Assembly: GCA_963701295.1 (NCBI GenBank)
Contig: OY969585.1
Location: forward strand, 2,048,001 to 2,112,000
Origin: Ignavibacteriota bacterium
Lineage (GTDB): Bacteria; Bacteroidota; Ignavibacteria; UBA10030
Length of the DNA stretch: 64,000 nt
Direction of reading: 5' to 3'
In this document: piece by piece, positions 30,077 to 38,792 of the stretch
Position numbering within the stretch: the stretch's first letter is position 1
Layout of the letters: each line of letters begins with the position of its first letter
Program-made: the position numbers and the translations under genes
The notes under the pieces: model-generated
What the model saw: only the letters and a program-made list of their open reading frames with translations
Databases searched by the model: none
What the model was told of the DNA's origin: nothing

Positions 30077-30418
30077 AATAGTGTTCCTGTTCAATTGTCC
30101 ATCATAAAGTACTCACAAGTCATTGGATATGCAAAGGAATCGTTGCTTGAATGCTTTGCGTCAATCATGACATTCTCTTGGTTCTCTCTAATGTGTAGAT
30201 GTTATGAGGAATCAAATACTTGGAAAATACACAAGAGGAAATGCAAAATTAGGTTGGTGCAGGGAACGCATATAGGTAGGTATTGGTGTAGTCTCCCAGC
30301 GGGATGTACTTTTACATTTCTAATTTGGATTATGAAGAGTTGTTTTTGGTATGAAGTTTTGGTACCATACCATTATATTTAAGCTCAACCTGCCTTCGGC
30401 GGGTCAATCGTAGCAAAT

Positions 30419-31417
30419 ATGAATTTATTCAGACGAGCATTTGTTCTTTGTTTTCTTCCGGGATTCCTATGGTGTCAGCACAGATCGGATAGCAGCGCGA
30501 CAGTCATCTTTGCCGGTGATCTTAATTTCGCGGCAAATTTTGAGTATGCCGTGCAACATCGACCCATCAACGTCTTTGCCCATTGGAAACGCATCGGTAC
30601 ATACGATTTGATGATGGTCAATCTGGAAAATGCTGTGACACAATCTGCAGATAGTATGGCGAAAGAGTTTGTCTTCAAAATGAAGCCGAAATATCTTTCT
30701 CTGTTATGCGGTGCTGGAATTTCGATTGTCAATTGTGCCAACAATCATACAGCAGATTTTGGTGCAGAGGGAATTTTGGAAACAATCCAGCAGCTTGATT
30801 CGGCTGGGATCCGGCATACAGGCATCGGGCGAAATTTTTCAGAAGCACGAAAGCCGGTTATTCTCCTTGTGAATGGTATTCGAATCGGTTTCCTGGGATA
30901 TGGTGGTGAGAGAACATTTATCGCTTCAAGTACACAGCCTGGTACGACATCACGCAATCAATGGCTTATCCTTGAGGATATCAAAAGACTGAAATCGCGT
31001 GTCGATTTTATCGTCATCAATCTTCATTGGGGCGAGGAACTGGAAACAATACCAGATAGCAATCAGATTATTCTTGCGCACCGGATGATCGAAGGCGGTG
31101 CCGATTTGATCGTGGGGCATCATCCGCATGTACTGCAGGGAATTGAGCGGTATCGTGGAAAAATCATTGCATACTCTTTAGGCAATTTTGTGTTTGGTGG
31201 GAATTCAAAAAGTGCGAATAGTGAAACAGCTGTATTGAAGGTTCGGTTTACGAAAGATACTGTAGAAGTACAAGCAGTTCCAGTTTCTGTTCATGACTGG
31301 CAGCCGGCACCGGCAGATAGCAGTACAATGTATCGAGTGTTACAGTGTTTGCAGGAACGATCAAAAGTATTTTCCGAAACGATTTCTTTTACATCTTTAG
31401 GAGTACAGTATGAGTAA
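30419..31417 (+). CDS. CapA/PGA_cap metallophosphatase-fold protein
   Basis: AGD, NLE, ANNH, HWG, GHHPHV, YSLGNF. Confidence 0.92.
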   Translation: MNLFRRAFVLCFLPGFLWCQHRSDSSATVIFAGDLNFAANFEYAVQHRPINVFAHWKRIGTYDLMMVNLENAVTQSADSMAKEFVFKMKPKYLSLLCGAGISIVNCANNHTADFGAEGILETIQQLDSAGIRHTGIGRNFSEARKPVILLVNGIRIGFLGYGGERTFIASSTQPGTTSRNQWLILEDIKRLKSRVDFIVINLHWGEELETIPDSNQIILAHRMIEGGADLIVGHHPHVLQGIERYRGKIIAYSLGNFVFGGNSKSANSETAVLKVRFTKDTVEVQAVPVSVHDWQPAPADSSTMYRVLQCLQERSKVFSETISFTSLGVQYE

Positions 31418-32015
31418 GGGATTGATTATTACACTTTCGATTATTGGTGGATTGCTTTTGGTTGTTCTTCTCACGGTCGGCTGGGGAGTCGGTGTCTATA
31501 ATAAAATTGTTGCTAAAGATGAAGGCGTGAAGAGCGCTTGGAGTCAAGTAGAGAATCAATATCAACGCCGATACGATTTAATACCAAACCTCGTTGAGAC
31601 TGTAAAGGGTTTTGCGAAGCAGGAAAAGGAAGTACTCATTGGTGTTACCGAAGCGCGAGCGAGTGTTGGACAAATGAAAGTGACTCCCGAAGTACTGAAC
31701 AATCCACAAGCATTCCAAAATTTTCAAAAAGCACAGGATGGATTAGGCTCGGCATTATCACGATTAATGGTTGTTGTGGAAAAATACCCTGAATTGAAAT
31801 CGAATCAAAATTTTCTTGAGCTTCAATCACAATTAGAAGGTACCGAGAATCGCATTGCTGTCGAGCGCCTCCGGTTTAATGAAATTGTACAAGAGTTCAA
31901 TACTATGATCCGCCGTTTCCCGGCAAAAATGATTGCGGGCTTCTGCGGATTCCGTGAAGCACAATATTTCCAATCTGTCGAGGGCTCTGATAAAGCACCA
32001 CAAGTTAAATTTTGA
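31410..32015 (+). CDS. lemA: LemA family protein
   Basis: WSQVENQYQRRYDLIPNLV, YPELKSNQNF, EGTENRI. Confidence 0.96.
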   Translation: MSKGLIITLSIIGGLLLVVLLTVGWGVGVYNKIVAKDEGVKSAWSQVENQYQRRYDLIPNLVETVKGFAKQEKEVLIGVTEARASVGQMKVTPEVLNNPQAFQNFQKAQDGLGSALSRLMVVVEKYPELKSNQNFLELQSQLEGTENRIAVERLRFNEIVQEFNTMIRRFPAKMIAGFCGFREAQYFQSVEGSDKAPQVKF

Positions 32016-32023
32016 GAGCAATT

Positions 32024-32773
32024 ATGAAAAACTTACGATGGGTTATTCTCGTGTTTGTGGTTTTGGCATACATCTCGTATGCTATACCTCAGACGAATTT
32101 TCCAAAACTCAATCAGCGAGTGAACGATTTTACAAATACGCTGAGTTTTCAGGAATGGCAAGAGGTAGACCGGTTACTGAAAAGTTATGAAGACACGACT
32201 TCAACACAGGTCGTTGTCTTGATGGTCAATACTCTTGATGGGGAAAGTATAGAAGAGTATGCCAACAAAACCTTCGCGTTGAACAAGATCGGTCAGGCAA
32301 AGAAAGATAACGGTGTTTTACTCGTGATTGCCAAACAAGATCATAAGGTAAGAATCGAAGTTGGTTATGGCTTAGAAGGTGCTTTGACGGACGCTATCTC
32401 TGCGCAAATCATTGATAAAGAGATTCGCCCGCACTTCAGAGCAGATAATTACTTTGGCGGTATTGTAACTGGTGTTGATGCGATCATCCGGACAACAAGA
32501 GGTGAGTATCAAGCAGATAGTAGAGGGAAGAAAGCACCCGCGGTTTCCATGGGATTGGTATTTCTCGTAATCATGTTCGGGTTTGTCCTTTTACCCATGT
32601 TGGCAGCGCGACGGCGTTCTATTATTGGTTCAAGTGGGCATCGCTATTATTCTGGCTGGGGCTATGGAGGTGGATCATTTGGAGGATTTGGCGGTGGGGG
32701 TGGTTTTAGTGGCGGTGGATTTAGCGGCGGCGGCGGCATGTCTGGTGGAGGTGGTGCGTCCGGCAGTTGGTAA
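32024..32773 (+). CDS. TPM domain protein (YgcG-like) with Gly-rich tail
   Basis: DNGVLL, RIEVGYGLEGALTD, C-terminal GGGGASGSW. Confidence 0.93.
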   Translation: MKNLRWVILVFVVLAYISYAIPQTNFPKLNQRVNDFTNTLSFQEWQEVDRLLKSYEDTTSTQVVVLMVNTLDGESIEEYANKTFALNKIGQAKKDNGVLLVIAKQDHKVRIEVGYGLEGALTDAISAQIIDKEIRPHFRADNYFGGIVTGVDAIIRTTRGEYQADSRGKKAPAVSMGLVFLVIMFGFVLLPMLAARRRSIIGSSGHRYYSGWGYGGGSFGGFGGGGGFSGGGFSGGGGMSGGGGASGSW

Positions 32774-32801
32774 TTCATGACGGGTTATAAAGTGAATAAC
32801 G

Positions 32802-33476
32802 ATGAATACGAAACCAATTCGAGTACTGTATGTCAATGAACTTGAGGGCGATGCGGATTTAATAGGTAGTTACCTTGCAAAGTTTGAAGGTACTCGCTTC
32901 GAAGTTGTGTGGCAGCAAAGTGGTGAAAGAGCGCTGGAGTATCTTGCTCAGCAGCCATTAGTGGATGTCATTGTCACAGAAGATACTCTGCCAGGAATGA
33001 GCAATGTAGAATTTACCCGTAAACTGAAGGAATTGAAGTCTGATATTCCCATTGTGTTTCTCACAACAAGTGAGGATGTGAATCTTGCCGTTGAAGTGAT
33101 GCGAATGGGTGTGAAGGATTACCTGCTCAAGAAAGATATCGGAAGCCGTGTTTTTCCTCAATCACTTCTTCGGATTGTCGAAAAAGGACGAATTAAGCAG
33201 GAGTTGATGGAATTGGAAATCAAGAAGAAGCGGTTAGAAGCGATGCAGGAAATTGTTGTGAATATTTCACAAAAGATCAGCGAACCACTGGAAGATATGA
33301 GCAAGATTGTCGCATCGATTGAACAAAAAGAAATACCGGAGAAAGCCGCAAAGTACCTCAAGTTGATTAAGGATAATGTTGCGCGGATGCAAGCTAAATT
33401 GGAGAAACTTCGAAATCTCAAAGAAGACAAGACAGTAAAGTACATCAGAGACATCAAGATGATTGACTTATCGTAG
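32802..33476 (+). CDS. Atypical receiver domain plus coiled-coil/HisKA-like helix
   Basis: REC fold (DIPIVFLT, GVKDYLLK) with E at the phospho-Asp position; SQKISEPL at the H-box position. Confidence 0.8.
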   Translation: MNTKPIRVLYVNELEGDADLIGSYLAKFEGTRFEVVWQQSGERALEYLAQQPLVDVIVTEDTLPGMSNVEFTRKLKELKSDIPIVFLTTSEDVNLAVEVMRMGVKDYLLKKDIGSRVFPQSLLRIVEKGRIKQELMELEIKKKRLEAMQEIVVNISQKISEPLEDMSKIVASIEQKEIPEKAAKYLKLIKDNVARMQAKLEKLRNLKEDKTVKYIRDIKMIDLS

Positions 33477-33489
33477 CGGAGTATGCTGC

Positions 33490-33945
33490 ATGAAAAATCT
33501 CGTAAAGAAACTATTCACGAAAGAAGACCTTGCCGCTATCGCAGCAGCGATCAGTGAGGCGGAAAAGACCACAGCCGGAGAAATTCGCGTCAGCATTCGC
33601 CAAAAACGACGCTGGCGGGAGAAAAAGCTGAGCATCGAAGAGATGGCGCGGCGGGAGTTTCATGGCCTTGGGATGACAAAGACCAAGGATCACAAGGGTA
33701 TCTTGATCTTTCTCTTGATGGACGAAAGGAAGTTTTTTATCCTTGCTGATGAAGGCATCCATACCAAGGTCGAAGAAACAACATGGACCAAAATTGCTGA
33801 AGAAATGTCTTCTCACTTCTCAAAGAAAAATTTTCATCAAGGAGTAACCCATGGTGTTCAGTCCGTCGGCAGAGTCCTTTCTCAATTCTTCCCGCGGAAA
33901 GCGAGCGACACAAACGAACTTCCGAATGATGTGCATGTGCAGTAG
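33490..33945 (+). CDS. TPM domain protein (short)
   Basis: AEKTTAGEIRV, GILIF, ILADEGI, NELPND. Confidence 0.9.
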   Translation: MKNLVKKLFTKEDLAAIAAAISEAEKTTAGEIRVSIRQKRRWREKKLSIEEMARREFHGLGMTKTKDHKGILIFLLMDERKFFILADEGIHTKVEETTWTKIAEEMSSHFSKKNFHQGVTHGVQSVGRVLSQFFPRKASDTNELPNDVHVQ

Positions 33946-33981
33946 TGTGTTTCGGGTTCGTTCATTATTCCTCCAACAACG

Positions 33982-34830
33982 ATGAAGTTCAAAGCTGCAA
34001 TAGCGCAGATAGATTGCCGTGTCGGAGCGGTTGACAAGAACCTCGCGCATCATCTCGAATTCATCGACCGCGCTATTGCCGAGGGGGCGAAGCTTATTCT
34101 TTTTCCAGAACTCAGTGTCACAGGCTATACATTACGTGACTTGGCATGGGATGTTGCGATCAATCCTCATCGAAATAAAACTATCGCTCCTTTGCTTCTA
34201 AAGAGCCGGGAAATTTCTATCATCGTTGGATTTGTAGAAAGCGGTTCGAATCATGGAATTTATAACAGTGCGATGTTCTTAGAGGATGGTGAGATCAAAC
34301 ACATCCATCGAAAAATTTATCCTCCGACATACGGAATGTTTGAAGAAGGACGCTACTTTGGGAATGGAAAGAATGTCACCGCGTTCGATTCAAAGTTAGG
34401 CCGTTTCGGAATGCTCATCTGTGAAGACCTCTGGCATATATCCCTTCCGTACTTGCTGGCACTCGATGGTGCGGAAATTATTCTCTGCCTTACAGCGAGT
34501 CCGACTCGGCTCTCCGGTGAAGGAACCCAACTCGACAATCAAGTTGTGAACTACGAACATCATCGTACCTATACTCGCCTGCTCAATGTGTACGTTCTTT
34601 TCAGCAATCGAGTGGGATTTGAGGATGGTGTAAACTTCTGGGGCGGATCCAACATTACATCCCCTAGCGGGGAAATGCTATCTACTGCAAAGCTTCAAGA
34701 GGAAGGATTAATTTATGCCGATCTTGATTCCAACGAAGTGCAGCGCGCCAGGCGATTCTCTCGCCACTTCCTTGATGAACGTCCGGAAATAGTCCTCGAA
34801 ACGATTCGTCGCCAGTTGAAACGAAAATAG
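33982..34830 (+). CDS. Carbon-nitrogen hydrolase (nitrilase family)
   Basis: FPELS, HRKIY, LICEDLW (E-K-C triad), FWGGS. Confidence 0.92.
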   Translation: MKFKAAIAQIDCRVGAVDKNLAHHLEFIDRAIAEGAKLILFPELSVTGYTLRDLAWDVAINPHRNKTIAPLLLKSREISIIVGFVESGSNHGIYNSAMFLEDGEIKHIHRKIYPPTYGMFEEGRYFGNGKNVTAFDSKLGRFGMLICEDLWHISLPYLLALDGAEIILCLTASPTRLSGEGTQLDNQVVNYEHHRTYTRLLNVYVLFSNRVGFEDGVNFWGGSNITSPSGEMLSTAKLQEEGLIYADLDSNEVQRARRFSRHFLDERPEIVLETIRRQLKRK

Positions 34831-34971
34831 ACAGGCATCCCATATCTCTAGCGCATTTGGGGGACTCCATTGCAATTCTTCTTGACTTGCTCGTGTTGAT
34901 ACTCCGCGCACTTTTTCGTAAATTCAAGTGTTCTAGGAATGTAAAGTTGCTTTGAAAGGATAAGAAAAACA

Positions 34972-35829
34972 ATGACAAATTCACTAAAAACGATTCTGTT
35001 AATGGCTCTGATGATGGGTATTTTACTCTTTATTGGAGATTGGATGGGCGGAGAACAAGGTTTATGGATGGCATTTATATTCTCGCTGCTTATGAATTTC
35101 GGAATGTACTGGTTCTCCAGCAAGATTGTACTGATGACATATCGTGCGACAGAAGCAACGGAGGCGGATGCGCCGAAATTATTCAGTATTGTACGCAGGC
35201 TTGCAGCACAGGCACAATTGCCAATGCCGAAAGTGTATATCATTCCCGGTGATTCGCCAAACGCGTTCGCAACCGGACGAAATCCGGAGCACGCTGTTGT
35301 TGCAGCAACTGAAGGAATTCTTCACTTGCTTTCGGATGACGAATTAGAAGGCGTCATTGCGCACGAACTGGCACATGTCAAACACAGGGATATTCTTATC
35401 GCTACACTTGTTGCTTCGATGGCGGGGACAATTACATTTGTTGCGAGAATGGCAATGTATGCTACGATGTTCGGTGGCGGAAGTCGCGACCGCGAGAATT
35501 CCAATCCATTTGGTCAGATTCTTCTTATCATTCTGGCTCCAATCGCGGCGATGTTGATCCAGTTTGCCGTTTCCCGTTCGCGAGAGTTTGCGGCCGACGA
35601 AGGCGGAGCGCAGATCAGCCAGCGGCCCATGAGTCTTGCGAATGCATTACGAAAACTTGAACGCGGGGTTGATCAAATCCCAATGACGAATGCAGGTACA
35701 GCAACAGCGCATATGTTTATCGTCAATCCTTTGGTTGGCGGTGGAATAACGAAATTATTCTCTACGCATCCGCCGACAGAAGAACGCATTGCACGCCTTG
35801 AGCAAATTGCAATGGGCGGGATTCGCTGA
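34972..35829 (+). CDS. htpX: Zinc metalloprotease HtpX (M48)
   Basis: PNAFATGRNP, AHELAH, SRSREFAAD, FSTHPP. Confidence 0.96.
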   Translation: MTNSLKTILLMALMMGILLFIGDWMGGEQGLWMAFIFSLLMNFGMYWFSSKIVLMTYRATEATEADAPKLFSIVRRLAAQAQLPMPKVYIIPGDSPNAFATGRNPEHAVVAATEGILHLLSDDELEGVIAHELAHVKHRDILIATLVASMAGTITFVARMAMYATMFGGGSRDRENSNPFGQILLIILAPIAAMLIQFAVSRSREFAADEGGAQISQRPMSLANALRKLERGVDQIPMTNAGTATAHMFIVNPLVGGGITKLFSTHPPTEERIARLEQIAMGGIR

Positions 35830-35839
35830 AGGTATCCGT

Positions 35840-36439
35840 TTGATACGCCGCCTGAGACCGATATGGTTTGTGTTGCTGATAGCTCTCTTCTTCGGAGTGC
35901 TTTCGGTATCTCACGCGAGTGATTCTATCGGAGTAGCCAGCGCATCAGTAATTCGATTCCAATTGCAAAGTGTTGCCGATGTAGTTATCGATCAAGCGAG
36001 ACTCGATCCCAAAGGTCGAGTCGCTCTTTGGGTGGAAGGTGAAGGACCGCGATCATTAGCGGAGAATGCATTCGTTGAGACGCTTCAGAAACGGAGTTAC
36101 ACATCGATATTAAGTGCAGGAAAAACATCGGATCAAATGCTTCAAGTGTTTCTGCTTAGTACGGATATTAATGTGCGACCAGTAGATGAAAAATATTTTG
36201 AACGGAATATCAGTATAGCGTTAGAAGTGCGGACAGTCTTGGGAACGGAACGTGAAGTTCGCTTGCTTGGAACTTTTCACCGTGAAACAAAAGATACAGC
36301 GCAAGTATTTCCATCTCTTCAGCTTTCGGTCTTACCGGCGAATGAAGAGGAAAGTGTGATGCAACGATTGTTAACACCCTTAATTATTATCAGCGGCGCT
36401 GTTCTCATTGTCCTTTTATTATTTACGGTGCGAAGTTGA
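35840..36439 (+). CDS. Hypothetical protein with signal peptide and C-terminal TM
   Basis: Hydrophobic N- and C-termini, ends LFTVRS; start uncertain. Confidence 0.65.
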   Translation: MIRRLRPIWFVLLIALFFGVLSVSHASDSIGVASASVIRFQLQSVADVVIDQARLDPKGRVALWVEGEGPRSLAENAFVETLQKRSYTSILSAGKTSDQMLQVFLLSTDINVRPVDEKYFERNISIALEVRTVLGTEREVRLLGTFHRETKDTAQVFPSLQLSVLPANEEESVMQRLLTPLIIISGAVLIVLLLFTVRS

Positions 36440-37491
36440 AATCGGTCTCTGTGATGTATGCTCTTGTACTAATTCTACTGCACATCCCTCAAGTATGTGC
36501 ACAGAATTCCGATTCTCTTGCATCCGTCTCACTGCTTGCTTTGGGCGATGTAAATCTTGGACGTACAGTAGGACAGGAAATTCTAAAAGGCAACGTGGAT
36601 TATCCCTTTGAAAAATTTGGCAACGTGTTAAAGCGAGCCGAAATCGTTTTCGCAAATCTCGAATGTCCGATTACTGACCAAAATGGCGAGACACAAAGTC
36701 TGAAATCAAATGTCATTTTTTGTGCACCTCCGCGTGCAGCAACAACTTTACGGCGAGCCGGAGTGACGGTCGTTTCAACTGCAAACAATCATGCATTTGA
36801 TTACGGCTTAAAGGGACTTCGGGAGACGATTAAGTTTCTGAACCAAGACAGCATCAATTTCACTGGAACAGTTGCTGATTCTGGAGTAGAGTTTGCACCT
36901 GTCATTATCGAACGCAACAATATCCGAATAGGCATTATTGCATATACGCAAACTGTCAATATGGTTCGCGGTACCAAGAGCGGATTGATTTCCGTTTTTG
37001 ATTCTGCGCGAGCACAGCGCGAAATAGGCACCCTGAAGAATAGCGTGGACTTCGTTCTTGCAAGTTACCATGGAGGTGACGAGTATAAAGATGTTTCAGG
37101 AAAATCCGCTGAGAGGGAAATGAAACTTCTTGCTGATTTTGGCGCTGATGTCCTGTTTGGGCATCACCCGCATGTGCCGCAGGGGATCGAAATGTATCAC
37201 GGCTGCTTGATGTTTCACTCACTTGGCAATGCTGTATTCAATCAGCCACAGCGGTTCTGGACGCAACGTTCTTTTACAGCACTGGTCGGATTTGAAAAGA
37301 GGAACGAACATAAAAGAATATCGTCTATAGAATTAATTCCATTTCGTCCCGGATATCAACCCACGACCGACTTGAACACAGACGATATACAGAAATTGAT
37401 GGATCGAATTCAAACATTATCAACAATCACTGTTACTCACACAAAGCGAGGTTACTTTGTCGAACCGCCACTTGCAACAACATCTCACTAG
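36436..37491 (+). CDS. CapA/PGA_cap family protein (second paralog)
   Basis: LGDVNLGR, NLE, ANNHAFDYG, GHHPHV, HSLGN. Confidence 0.92.
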   Translation: MKSVSVMYALVLILLHIPQVCAQNSDSLASVSLLALGDVNLGRTVGQEILKGNVDYPFEKFGNVLKRAEIVFANLECPITDQNGETQSLKSNVIFCAPPRAATTLRRAGVTVVSTANNHAFDYGLKGLRETIKFLNQDSINFTGTVADSGVEFAPVIIERNNIRIGIIAYTQTVNMVRGTKSGLISVFDSARAQREIGTLKNSVDFVLASYHGGDEYKDVSGKSAEREMKLLADFGADVLFGHHPHVPQGIEMYHGCLMFHSLGNAVFNQPQRFWTQRSFTALVGFEKRNEHKRISSIELIPFRPGYQPTTDLNTDDIQKLMDRIQTLSTITVTHTKRGYFVEPPLATTSH

Positions 37492-38320
37492 TTTTCATAT
37501 ATTCTTTGTATTCTTTCTTTTCGTGGTTTTGTTTTCAGGGTGCGGTGGTTCTGATGATGCAACAAAACAATTGAGCGCTGAGGAGCGGTATGAACTTGGC
37601 ATGAAGGCATTTAAGGATGAAGATTATCTAGCAGCCATCGAAGAATTCAAAGTGGTGTCGATCCAATATCAAGGGAGCAAAGTTGCGGATTCGGCACAGT
37701 TCTATATGGCGGAGAGCCGGTACTTGCATGGGGAATATATTCTTGCGGCTTTTGAGTATGATATTCTCATCCGTAATATGCCCTCCAGCGTATTTGTTTC
37801 TCGTTCACGTTTCAGGCGTGCGACATGCTTCTATGAACTCTCGCCTCAATCGTATTTGGATCAGAATTATTCCCGGAAAGCAATTGATGAATACCAGGCA
37901 TTTCTGGAATATCATCCCGCAGATACATTAGCACCGTTGGCAGAAGAGAGAATCATTGAGTTAAACACGAAGCTGGCAAAAAAAGATTTTGAGAGCGGCA
38001 TGACGTACATGCATATGGAATATTATAAAGCGGCAACGTACTATTTCGATCTTGTTCTGGAAAAATATCACGATACGCAATATGCTGAACCAGCATTGCT
38101 CAAGAAAGCTGAAGCGTTAGCGAATAGGAAGAAGTATGCTGATGCCAAAGAAGCAGTGGATAAATTCCGTGTAAAATATCCGACCAGTACCATGAAATCA
38201 GACGCCGATCGATTGTATGCAGATATCGAAGCAAAAATAAGCGAAGATAAAGCGCAGAAACAAAAAAAGGCTGAACCAATCAAAGATACAAACAAGCAAG
38301 TGCCTCATTCAGGAAGTTAA
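37457..38320 (+). CDS. bamD: Outer membrane assembly lipoprotein BamD
   Basis: Lipobox FSGC; TPRs; LDQxYSRKAIDEYQ, KLAKKDF, YKAA. Confidence 0.9.
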   Translation: MSNRHLQQHLTSFHIFFVFFLFVVLFSGCGGSDDATKQLSAEERYELGMKAFKDEDYLAAIEEFKVVSIQYQGSKVADSAQFYMAESRYLHGEYILAAFEYDILIRNMPSSVFVSRSRFRRATCFYELSPQSYLDQNYSRKAIDEYQAFLEYHPADTLAPLAEERIIELNTKLAKKDFESGMTYMHMEYYKAATYYFDLVLEKYHDTQYAEPALLKKAEALANRKKYADAKEAVDKFRVKYPTSTMKSDADRLYADIEAKISEDKAQKQKKAEPIKDTNKQVPHSGS

Positions 38321-38321
38321 G

Positions 38322-38792
38322 ATGCAGCAACTGAGCAGGAAACTGGTCAAGGCATCGCAAGTGGAGATGACAGAATTGGTCATCCCGAATGATACAAATC
38401 GCCTCGGAAACCTTCTCGGCGGCCGATTAATGCACTGGATGGATATCGCTGCAGCTATTGCCGCAGCGCGGCACACGAATAGAGTGTGTGTAACGGCATC
38501 TGTGGATGGACTGCACTTCCATCATCCGGTGAAGCAGGGTGAAGTAGTAATATTGCAGGCATCGGTGAACAGGGTCTTTCGCACATCACTCGAAGTGGGC
38601 GTGCGTGTGACAAAAGAAAATCCATTGACCGGCGAACGGCAACATACGAACACTGCATATCTTACATTTGTAGCAATCGATGATGAAGGTAGACCTGTCC
38701 CGGCTCATCCTGTAAAGCCAGTGACAAGTGCTGAAAAACGGCGTTACCGTGATGCAGCGCGGCGCAGGCAGTTGAGGTTGTCGTACCGATAG
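38322..38792 (+). CDS. Acyl-CoA thioesterase (hotdog fold)
   Basis: PNDTN.LGNLLGG, MDIAAA, TASVD, TSLEVGV, LTFVA. Confidence 0.93.
   Translation: MQQLSRKLVKASQVEMTELVIPNDTNRLGNLLGGRLMHWMDIAAAIAAARHTNRVCVTASVDGLHFHHPVKQGEVVILQASVNRVFRTSLEVGVRVTKENPLTGERQHTNTAYLTFVAIDDEGRPVPAHPVKPVTSAEKRRYRDAARRRQLRLSYR

Noticed and set aside
30095-30418. Long panD/capA intergenic region as a possible riboswitch, or the 121-aa ORF 30017-30382
   Set aside because: No recognisable aptamer consensus; the ORF overlaps panD antisense and looks non-coding.
32655-32773. GGC/GGT-rich low-complexity tract
   Set aside because: This is the normal Gly-rich tail of TPM-domain proteins.
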